Position numbers and translations under genes: made by a program
Notes under the pieces: model-generated
What the model was told of the DNA's origin: nothing
What the model saw: only the letters and a program-made list of their open reading frames with translations
Databases searched by the model: none
NCBI GenBank assembly: GCA_048938385.1
Contig: JBHLMG010000035.1
Span: forward strand, 1 to 13,737
Reading direction: 5' to 3'
DNA from: Promethearchaeota archaeon
GTDB taxonomy: Archaea > Asgardarchaeota > Hermodarchaeia > Hermodarchaeales > Hermodarchaeaceae
DNA length: 13,737 nucleotides
Part shown: positions 1-6,184 of the stretch, piece after piece
How the letters are laid out: the number at the start of each line of letters is the position of its first letter
Position numbering within the stretch: position 1 is the first letter of the stretch

Positions 1-145
1 TTTCCCGTAGTTGGCCCCGTCCGGAGGGTAGGTTGTCAACGTGTTACTGAGCGGTTCGCCACTCCTGTACGTGGTTACAGGCGTGCGACTTGCATATCTT
101 AGTCCTATCCCTATAGCAGTCGGGTCTGGCAGGATCAACCAGTGT
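1..145 (-). rRNA. rrs: 16S rRNA gene, 5' end (continues beyond the left edge of the window)
   Basis: Reverse complement reads CTGGTTGATCCTGCCAGACCCGACTGCTATAGGGATAGGACTAAGATATGCAAGTCG...GGCGAACCGCTCAGTAACACGT...GGGAAA, which matches conserved archaeal SSU rRNA 5' landmarks. The exact mature 5' end is uncertain by a few nt. Confidence 0.97.
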
Positions 146-482
146 TGGGGGTGGTCGCTTGGGTTGCGTAGGTTGCAACGGGTCCCGTGTTGTTGGGACG
201 GTTGGCGGTGGGTGTGAAGTTGGGTGCACTAGTTGGAATAGTTAGTGTTGCCTGTCTGTTGAGGTGGACGTATCTTCGACCCAAGAGTCCAGGGCCCTGG
301 GGGCTGGCTGGTTGGCTCGGGTCCGCATCTGGGTGTGCCGCAGACTGAATCCAATCTTTCATCGATGGGGCAGCGATGCCCCTTGCTCGGGATTAGTATG
401 CCAGTGGGTTCTGCGGTGACGGAGGTGTTGTGTGCCCAAGGTTGCTGTGAGAAGCGAGTAGTGGACACGCAATCTCGCGCCA
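146..482 (-). other. rRNA 5' leader (external transcribed spacer), structured
   Basis: Non-coding stretch between the TATA box and the 16S start. Inverted repeats at 163-179, 182-199, 278-323 and 367-382, and a 7-bp pairing between 338-344 and 410-416. The 5' boundary is inferred from TATA spacing. Confidence 0.7.
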
Positions 483-506
483 AAGAAGCTTAAGGGCAAT
501 CAGTGG

Positions 507-514
507 TTTAAAAA
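507..514 (-). promoter_or_regulatory. Putative rRNA promoter TATA box
   Basis: TTTTTAAA on the minus strand, the main AT-rich tract between the upstream CDS stop and the rRNA leader. Confidence 0.65.
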
Positions 515-557
515 TGTGTCGGGTTGCTTAGGAGCGGGGGCGCTGCGTCGGGGGTGG

Positions 558-1466
558 TTAGGGGAACATCATGCGGATGAGCAGTAGGATTGTGCCGAGG
601 AGGGCGATGTTGGTGAGGATGATGGTGGTGAGGGCGGCTTTGCGGATGGCGAGGCGTTTGGCGTGGACTACGGCTTGGGTGTAGATCCACAGGGTCCAGG
701 TGATGCACAAAAACAGGAGGCTGAAGGTGAGGAGGGGCCAGGCGGCGAGGATGGGGGCGGCGACGACGCGGATGAGGGCGTACACGCCGAAGGGCAGCCA
801 GGCGTAGACGGTGGCCGCCGATAAAGACCAGTGCCCGTCCGTGGCGTGGTAGCGGTAGCGGGTGATTAGCTCCGTGGCCAGGGTCGTGAGGGCCCAGGAG
901 GTGAGGAAGCTGAGGGCGGGGAGGTAGAGCCAGGTGGTGAGGAAGTCTAAGGGGAGAAAGCCGATGAACAGGAGGGGCACGACGGTAAAGAGGTAGGTCA
1001 AGGCGGCGAGGGTGATGACGGATTCGAGGACGAGGCGGTCGTCGCGGCGGGTGAGGTAGCGGAACAGGGGGGCGAATCCGAGGTAGTAGGCGAGTTGGCG
1101 GAGCCGGGGGTGCTGGACGGTGCTGCTGGGGGGAGCGATGCTGGGAGTGATGTCGGTGGCTTGGGTCAGGAAGGTGGCGGCGAGGCGGCCGAGGGGGGTG
1201 ATGTCGTAGGTTTTTTCCTTGCTCTGCACGAGGAGGGGGGCATCTGAGGTCATGAGTTGTTCGAGGTGGAAGTATAAGGTTCCCGGTTCGATGTGGAAGG
1301 CGTCGCGGAGGTCGCTGTAGCTGACGGATCCGCGGTCGTTGACGAAGCGGATGACTCGCCGGCGGAGGGGGTGTCCGAGGCTGCGAAAGAGGGCGGCTTC
1401 GGCGGGAGATTCGGTGTCTACCTCCGTGGCAGGGGTGGGAGGTGCGGGGGCTTTCTTGGTCGGCAT
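558..1466 (-). CDS. Membrane-tethered transcriptional regulator: ArsR-family winged HTH plus about 5 TM helices (Yip1-like)
   Basis: LFRSLGHPLRRRVI...SYSDL...PGTLYFHLEQL...YDITPLG is an ArsR/HTH_20 pattern. The C-terminal half has about 5 hydrophobic segments with a YAWLP...W..IY..AV...L...KA pattern resembling Yip1 domains. Confidence 0.85.
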   Translation of the reverse strand: MPTKKAPAPPTPATEVDTESPAEAALFRSLGHPLRRRVIRFVNDRGSVSYSDLRDAFHIEPGTLYFHLEQLMTSDAPLLVQSKEKTYDITPLGRLAATFLTQATDITPSIAPPSSTVQHPRLRQLAYYLGFAPLFRYLTRRDDRLVLESVITLAALTYLFTVVPLLFIGFLPLDFLTTWLYLPALSFLTSWALTTLATELITRYRYHATDGHWSLSAATVYAWLPFGVYALIRVVAAPILAAWPLLTFSLLFLCITWTLWIYTQAVVHAKRLAIRKAALTTIILTNIALLGTILLLIRMMFP

Positions 1467-1510
1467 AGGTGATGAGGGGGCGGTTGGGGTTGAAAATTGT
1501 TGTGGATTGG

Positions 1511-1554
1511 GAGTTCGAGTAGAGTCGAACTCGCCATTTCTATAATAGACGAAC
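1511..1554. promoter_or_regulatory. Tandem palindromic operator candidates (TTC-N10-GAA x2)
   Basis: Perfect inverted repeat GAGTTCGA-N6-TCGAACTC at 1511-1532, and a degenerate second copy TTTCTA-N6-ACGAAC at 1537-1554, offset by 24 bp. Confidence 0.65.
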
Positions 1555-1555
1555 T

Positions 1556-1567
1556 GAAAGTATATAT
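1556..1567 (+). promoter_or_regulatory. BRE-TATA promoter of the exported protein gene
   Basis: GAAAG followed by TATATAT, about 75 nt upstream of ATG 1641. Confidence 0.75.
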
Positions 1568-1591
1568 GTTCGTTTAAGGTAAGGGGGGGTA

Positions 1592-1608
1592 GCGCACAAT
1601 CTGTGCGC
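1592..1608 (+). other. 5'-terminal UTR hairpin
   Basis: GCGCACA-ATC-TGTGCGC is a perfect 7-bp inverted repeat about 25 nt downstream of the TATA box, at the predicted transcription start. Confidence 0.5.
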
Positions 1609-1640
1609 CAACCAAAACAACCAAAATCTGTGAACGAAAA

Positions 1641-2597
1641 ATGCCCAAGAATATGACACCTCGATCAACGCTCGCCCTCATCGCCATTGCCCTCAGCGTC
1701 CTCATGCTCTCCACCCTGCCCTTGGCAGCGGCCCAAACCCCTGAAGGAATCCTCTACCAGTACCAAATCGGCGACAAGCAAGTGACCCTCACGACTCCCA
1801 CCGTGGTGATTCGTGTCAGCGCCGGGAGTGCCGTGCCCCACTTCATGTTCTGGAGCCCAGCTCTCAACCCCAGCCTCCGCACGATCTACCATGTCCAGTT
1901 CTACCAGCTCTTCGAATTCAACGACACCAACGACAACCTAGCCTACGATAACGGGACGGACTTCGTCTATGATCCCGTCCTCGGGCTGGGTCGCATCGTT
2001 TGGGACTTTAGCGGATTTCAAACCGAGGAATCCGAGGGCGTCACCACAGCTGTGCACTTCAACTACACCCTCAGCGAAGTCCAAGGCACCGGACCCACCT
2101 ATCCGGATCTGTACATGGAACTGCGCTGCCACATCAACATCACCAACGACAACGAACTCAAATTCGACATCCTCATCAGTGGCTGGCCATGGATGCACAC
2201 CGATAGCTCCCTCGCCCTGCGCTGGGATCTCATGGTGCAAACCCCCGGCACCCACACCTACCGCCACGCCTACCAACACCGCTACGAAAACCGAACCTAC
2301 TCCTTTGATGGCGCCTACTTCTCCTACAGAAACTCTGCGAATGTCGGCAACGACACCGCTACTGTGACCAGCTGCTACGAAGACGCTCCGGACAAAACCA
2401 AGTTCTACCTCGTCTATCCCTACTTTGGCGACGAAGTGCTCGTCCATGACCCCATCATCGGCATCGAGCCAGTCTTCATCCCCAACACCCTGCTCCCGAC
2501 CCTCATCGTGATCGGCGCGGGCGCGCTGGCCTGTATCGCCATTGCTGCAGCCCTCTGGACGCGGCGACGCTCCACGACTCCTACTGCTCCCGGTTAA
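1641..2597 (+). CDS. Exported, C-terminally membrane-anchored beta-rich surface protein
   Basis: Signal peptide ending ...LPLAAA|Q; N-glycosylation sequons (NGT, NYT, NIT, NRT, NDT); C-terminal TM (TLIVIGAGALACIAIAAALW) followed by RRR. Alternative start at ATG 1653. Confidence 0.88.
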   Translation: MPKNMTPRSTLALIAIALSVLMLSTLPLAAAQTPEGILYQYQIGDKQVTLTTPTVVIRVSAGSAVPHFMFWSPALNPSLRTIYHVQFYQLFEFNDTNDNLAYDNGTDFVYDPVLGLGRIVWDFSGFQTEESEGVTTAVHFNYTLSEVQGTGPTYPDLYMELRCHINITNDNELKFDILISGWPWMHTDSSLALRWDLMVQTPGTHTYRHAYQHRYENRTYSFDGAYFSYRNSANVGNDTATVTSCYEDAPDKTKFYLVYPYFGDEVLVHDPIIGIEPVFIPNTLLPTLIVIGAGALACIAIAAALWTRRRSTTPTAPG

Positions 2598-2624
2598 TCG
2601 GTAATCGGGGGGAGTAGGTGTCCC

Positions 2625-2637
2625 TTTCTTTTTATTT
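2625..2637 (+). terminator. Oligo-T terminator candidate
   Basis: TTTCTTTTTATTT about 30 nt after the stop at 2597, at a convergent gene junction. Confidence 0.45.
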
Positions 2638-3483
2638 GGTCGCTTGGGATAAGAACTGCGTGAAGATATGCGTAAACCGGTGACGCCGCGTCAGCTGTTC
2701 GAGCTCCGTCACCTGCTCTTTGAGCCGGGTGATGCGTTCATCCACCCAGTGGGATCCTCGGCGGAACCGCATGGCTTCGACGCGGGGAATTTCCTCCTCA
2801 TAGGCGGAGGCGAGCCGTTTTTTCGCAAAGGTCACCCAGTCAGCGTCTTTTTCGGTGAAGATGTGGTATCGGGGATCAAAGGATTGTACTTTCAGCCGAA
2901 CTTCTTGGAATAGGTGGCGGAGGTTGCCACCGGCTAAGCCGGATTGAATCCCGAGCTCGCCTTCGCGCCGGTAATGGGCGTCCAAGTGGGGAAGGCCGTA
3001 CACCCGGCACATCGAGTAATCCGGTTCCAGGGCCACGAAGGTGCCTTCGGATTCGAGGTGGCGAACCAGCTCGCGGAGGCCTTCTTGTTTCAAATCGGAG
3101 ATGACGTGGCGGCTGTAGATGAGGTCGAACATCTCCTCCTTGGGTAAGGTGCCCTTTTCGACGATGTCACCAGCGAAGAAGCGAATCCGGTCGCCAAACT
3201 CGAACAACAGGGCCAGCTGGTTGGCACACGCGGTTAACGCGGGGTTGATGTCGATGCCCACGACTTCGCCCTTCGGCACCATGTTGGCTAGTTCGAGGGT
3301 CGTGCGGCCCACGCCACACCCGACATCGAGGATGCGCATATCGGGGCGAATCTCTACCTCGTCAAAATAGGTTCCGTACACGGGGATGCTCTCCCATAGA
3401 TAGTGGGCTAAGGCACCGCGGGGGTCTAAGACGCGGTGTACCGCATTCCGGATACGGGGAGAGTCTAAACCTGGTAAGCTCAC
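2632..3483 (-). CDS. Class I SAM-dependent methyltransferase
   Basis: Motif I ILDVGCGVG, followed by VVGIDIN, FDLIYS and LESEGTFVALEPD. GTG start preceded by the SD-like sequence GGGTGA. Substrate unknown. Confidence 0.92.
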   Translation of the reverse strand: MSLPGLDSPRIRNAVHRVLDPRGALAHYLWESIPVYGTYFDEVEIRPDMRILDVGCGVGRTTLELANMVPKGEVVGIDINPALTACANQLALLFEFGDRIRFFAGDIVEKGTLPKEEMFDLIYSRHVISDLKQEGLRELVRHLESEGTFVALEPDYSMCRVYGLPHLDAHYRREGELGIQSGLAGGNLRHLFQEVRLKVQSFDPRYHIFTEKDADWVTFAKKRLASAYEEEIPRVEAMRFRRGSHWVDERITRLKEQVTELEQLTRRHRFTHIFTQFLSQATK

Positions 3484-3623
3484 GCTAGTTCACCCATCGC
3501 CTTTCCCCAATGGTAGACGCATTATCACTTAAGACTTGTTCGCCACACTAAAAAACCCATATCATCGCCTGGCGTAACACTTTTTAGCTCCCTCTCTCGC
3601 TGAACAGCCAACACTCATACCCC

Positions 3624-3698
3624 GGGGCGGTAGATCAGTGGTAGATCGCGTGTCTTGCACACACGAGGGCCCGGGTTCAAATCCCGGCCGCTCCACCA
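3624..3698 (+). tRNA. tRNA-Ala(UGC)
   Basis: Acceptor stem GGGGCGG/CCGCTCC with the G3:U70 alanine identity pair; anticodon arm CGTGT-CT TGC AC-ACACG; T loop TTCAAAT; encoded CCA. Confidence 0.98.
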
Positions 3699-3737
3699 CA
3701 CTCCACCATCGCGCCAAAAGGCGATTCCAGAAGGAGC

Positions 3738-3749
3738 AAAGATTTTTAA
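3738..3749 (+). promoter_or_regulatory. BRE-TATA for the tRNA-Glu/tRNA-Leu pair
   Basis: AAAGATTTTTAA ending about 27 nt before tRNA-Glu. Confidence 0.65.
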
Positions 3750-3775
3750 CTCACCAACCCGACGCTCCCCCCATT

Positions 3776-3853
3776 GCCCCGGTAGTGTAGTCCGGTCAAT
3801 CATCATGGGCTTTCGCCCCGTGGACCCGGGTTCGAATCCCGGCCGGGGCACCA
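3776..3853 (+). tRNA. tRNA-Glu(UUC)
   Basis: Acceptor stem GCCCCGG/CCGGGGC; anticodon arm ATGGG-CT TTC GC-CCCGT; T loop TTCGAAT; encoded CCA. Confidence 0.98.
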
Positions 3854-3864
3854 CACCTTCAAAG

Positions 3865-3985
3865 GCGGGAGTAACCAAGCACGGTCAACGGTGCAGGGCT
3901 TAGGCCCCTGTCGTGTAGGCGTTCCTGGGTTCAAAAGCCGTCTCCGCCTAGGTTGGAACGGCGGAAAGTCCCAGCTCCCGCACCA
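3865..3985 (+). tRNA. tRNA-Leu(UAG) with a 33-nt T-loop intron
   Basis: Acceptor stem GCGGGAG/CTCCCGC; anticodon arm CAGGG-CT TAG GC-CCCTG; long variable arm; T stem CTGGG/CCCAG enclosing a 33-nt insertion; encoded CCA. Spliced length is 88 nt. Confidence 0.96.
3936..3968 (+). other. tRNA intron at non-canonical position 59/60 (relaxed BHB motif)
   Basis: Bulges AA^A (3934-3936) and AG^T (3967-3969) flank a central helix TTCA/GGAA with one A.G mismatch. Intron stem GCCGT/ACGGC. Excision restores the T loop TTCAAAT. Confidence 0.9.
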
Positions 3986-4052
3986 CTTTCACCAGGAGAA
4001 ACCAAAGGGTTCTTAATGCGCGGAGTCGTGTTTAGAGGGTGGTGAACCGCTG

Positions 4053-4499
4053 GTGAGCGTCAAACCCATCGGCGACCTGCTCATGGAGATCAAAAAGCGC
4101 TACGACAAGGACCGCTACGGCTGGCGTGTCCTCTCTGGGCGGGCGGACCACGGGCTCTACGACACCTTCATTCTTCACCGAGACCGGTTATGGCAGATGA
4201 AATCCGAACCCGTAAATCCTTTCGAGGTGATCGGTGTAGGCACGACGCATCACCGTGTGGACGAGGGGCTGCACAACCAGATCATGCAACAAGGGAAACC
4301 TTTCTTTTTTCAACTCATAGCTCCCCAGCGCAAGGGGCTGGTCATTGCTCAGGGGATGCAACGCTATTCTGATGACTCGGCCTCCCGGTTGCGCCTGGTC
4401 ATGTCGGATCGGCAGGAGCAGTTGGACCGAGAGCTCGCAACGGCAGTCAATTCAATGAGTTTGAAACGGTATCCTGAGCGGCATGCCATGTACGGCTAG
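4053..4499 (+). CDS. Conserved archaeal hypothetical protein
   Basis: 148-aa ORF with a GTG start after the SD sequence GGTGA. The motifs GWRVLSGR and KSEPVNPFEVIGVG resemble, from memory, an uncharacterised archaeal family. Confidence 0.8.
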   Translation: MSVKPIGDLLMEIKKRYDKDRYGWRVLSGRADHGLYDTFILHRDRLWQMKSEPVNPFEVIGVGTTHHRVDEGLHNQIMQQGKPFFFQLIAPQRKGLVIAQGMQRYSDDSASRLRLVMSDRQEQLDRELATAVNSMSLKRYPERHAMYG

Positions 4500-4527
4500 C
4501 AAAACAAAAGGGCAGTAAATCGTGGAA

Positions 4528-4637
4528 TGGCGCCGCGGAGCAGATTCGAACTGCTGACCTAGAGGTTAACAGCTTCAGGATGCCCACCATGGAGGTGGGT
4601 ACAGACTCCCGCTCTAACCGGACTAAGCCACCGCGGC
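4528..4637 (-). tRNA. tRNA-Asn(GUU) with a 32-nt anticodon-stem intron
   Basis: Acceptor stem GCCGCGG/CCGCGGC, discriminator G73, encoded CCA. After removing 4574-4605 the anticodon arm is GGAGG-CT GTT AA-CCTCT. T arm AGCAG-TTCGAAT-CTGCT. Spliced length is 78 nt. Confidence 0.93.
4574..4605 (-). other. tRNA intron at non-canonical position 30/31
   Basis: Central helix CGGG/CCTG with bulges AG^T and AA^G; internal hairpin CCCACC/GGTGGG. Confidence 0.88.
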
Positions 4638-4666
4638 GGAAGAGTGGCTGCTCCTTTTCATTGCTG

Positions 4667-4680
4667 ATTTTAAACTCTTT
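4667..4680 (-). promoter_or_regulatory. BRE-TATA for tRNA-Asn
   Basis: AAAGAG-TTTAAAAT on the minus strand, about 30 nt upstream of the tRNA 5' end. Confidence 0.7.
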
Positions 4681-4727
4681 CGATGCCTCCGACCACCAAA
4701 TCCCCACTAGCGGGTGCGTCAACGAGG

Positions 4728-5309
4728 CTAGTCTGTCGCATCTGGACCGAGAGGATGCCACAATTCGAGGGCGCGGCGGCGCTTTAGCTGTCGGCGTTGC
4801 GAAGTGAGGTAGCGGTTGATGGTGGAATGTTCAGCGCCACGAAGTAAGCGGACAATCGCGTTCACCGCGACTTGCTGGTTTTCCACCTCTCCGATCACTC
4901 CAATCGTGTTACCCATCACCGCGATGTAGGTGTCGGTGAGCTCCTCAATGGTACGCCGAGTCTTGCCCCCTTTGCCAATGACGCGCCCCTTTAAGCGACG
5001 GATTTGGTTGGGCGTGCTACCAAACTCTTCGAGGTCCACAATCCGCAGGTACACATCATCATCGAGTAAGGCAAAAGCTCGTTGGGGACTGAACCCCCGG
5101 CCAATGGCTTGAGTGATGTCACGGGCCTTCCAGACCGCTAGAGGATCCTCGGCATCGTCAAGGGATTCGACGACGACTAAGCCATCGTCACTATCAACCG
5201 TGATGATGGTGTGCGTGATTTTTTCCAGCTCACGCTTAATTCCCCCGTTAGGACCAATAAGCACCGCGATACGGTTTTTCGGAATTCTGATGCGTGCGTC
5301 AGCTTTCAT
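4728..5309 (-). CDS. KH-domain pre-rRNA processing protein (Dim2/Pno1/Krr1 family)
   Basis: RIAVLIGPNG, AIGRGFSPQRA, RLKGRVIGKGGKTRRTIE and GAEH motifs. ATGA overlap with the RIO1 stop codon. Confidence 0.95.
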   Translation of the reverse strand: MKADARIRIPKNRIAVLIGPNGGIKRELEKITHTIITVDSDDGLVVVESLDDAEDPLAVWKARDITQAIGRGFSPQRAFALLDDDVYLRIVDLEEFGSTPNQIRRLKGRVIGKGGKTRRTIEELTDTYIAVMGNTIGVIGEVENQQVAVNAIVRLLRGAEHSTINRYLTSQRRQLKRRRALELWHPLGPDATD

Positions 5310-6085
5310 TTTATTTTCCTCTGGCGAATTTGTTCTAAGATGTCTTCGAACTCAAGGTGAGGAATGTCAAACTGGTCAAAGTAGGCCAGTATATTCCGGA
5401 CATCCCGCTCAAAGAAGGCTTCACTGTGAGGGTGATCTCGCACCACGGCCTGTGAAATATCGATGATGACGGGTTTCTTCAGCAGCATGATGTTGTATTC
5501 ACTCAAGTCCGCGTGCACTAGCTGTGCATTGTGATACAACCTGGAAATCGCTTTGAGGATTTCTTTACGCGCGCGTTTGGGTTTTTTCGGCGCCTGTTGT
5601 TGCATCGTGGGAGCGGGTAACCCGTTTTTCCCAATGAACTCCATTATAAGGATATTTCGTTGCACATGGAAGGGCCGTGGCACCCGCACCTTGGCTTCGT
5701 GAGCGCGCAGTAGGTTCTTGTATTCCTTTGAAGCCCAAGCGGTAATGAGTCCCGCTCGGGACTTGGGAATCCGCTGAAAACGGGGATCGCCCTCCAAATA
5801 CAAAGTGATTCGTTTGAAATTGAAGGTAGCGATGCGATAGATCTTGATAGCGACATCCTTGCCGTCGGATCGAACGCCCCAGTACACATTCGCTTCTTTC
5901 CCCGTCGAAACGACTCCATTTACAACATCGATGATGCCTTTGTTGAACATCTGATACAGGGTGAGGAGGGTTTTCGTATCAAAAACCGATTCAATGACCT
6001 GTCGATCCTCAGATCGTTTTATCCGCATTCTCGCGTCCGCTATGCGATCATCGATCCGATCGAGTTTATCTGACAGGGAGGTCAC
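5306..6085 (-). CDS. rio1: RIO1 serine protein kinase/ATPase
   Basis: STGKEANVY, AIKIYR, YLEGDPRF, LVHADLSEYNI and IIDISQAV motifs. The start codon is uncertain. Confidence 0.97.
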   Translation of the reverse strand: MTSLSDKLDRIDDRIADARMRIKRSEDRQVIESVFDTKTLLTLYQMFNKGIIDVVNGVVSTGKEANVYWGVRSDGKDVAIKIYRIATFNFKRITLYLEGDPRFQRIPKSRAGLITAWASKEYKNLLRAHEAKVRVPRPFHVQRNILIMEFIGKNGLPAPTMQQQAPKKPKRARKEILKAISRLYHNAQLVHADLSEYNIMLLKKPVIIDISQAVVRDHPHSEAFFERDVRNILAYFDQFDIPHLEFEDILEQIRQRKIK

Positions 6086-6184
6086 CTCCTACACACGACT
6101 TCAGCATTAACATAGTAATCACGGTGCGGCGTGGAAAGCGCCAATCCGGACCTGATAAAGGTTGTTGTTCCCTCGCCTCACCTG

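Noticed and set aside
44-708. Short ORFs 44-229, 135-362, 229-483 and 508-708
   Set aside because: They overlap the 16S rRNA, its leader or the regulator CDS, and their Pro/His/Thr-rich translations simply reflect the C-rich strand.
3691-3708. CTCCACCA direct repeat at the tRNA-Ala 3' end as an att-site remnant
   Set aside because: It is only 8 bp, lies in C/A-rich sequence, and there is no integrase or cargo nearby.
3615-3903. ORFs 3615-3878 (-) and 3655-3903 (+)
   Set aside because: These are translations of tRNA genes.
4574-4605. Box C/D guide RNA inside the Asn intron (contains CTGA)
   Set aside because: No box C is present, the intron is too short, and the CTGA is part of the BHB helix and bulge.
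4528-4637. Reading the minus-strand tRNA as tRNA-Tyr(GUA) with a canonical 37/38 intron
   Set aside because: This reading gives C at position 37 and a T.C mismatch in the anticodon stem, and lacks the archaeal Tyr C1-G72 pair. The BHB motif fits position 30/31 and Asn.
4447-4807. ORFs 4447-4761 (-) and 4580-4807 (+)
   Set aside because: They overlap tRNA-Asn and the KH gene and show no protein-like motifs.
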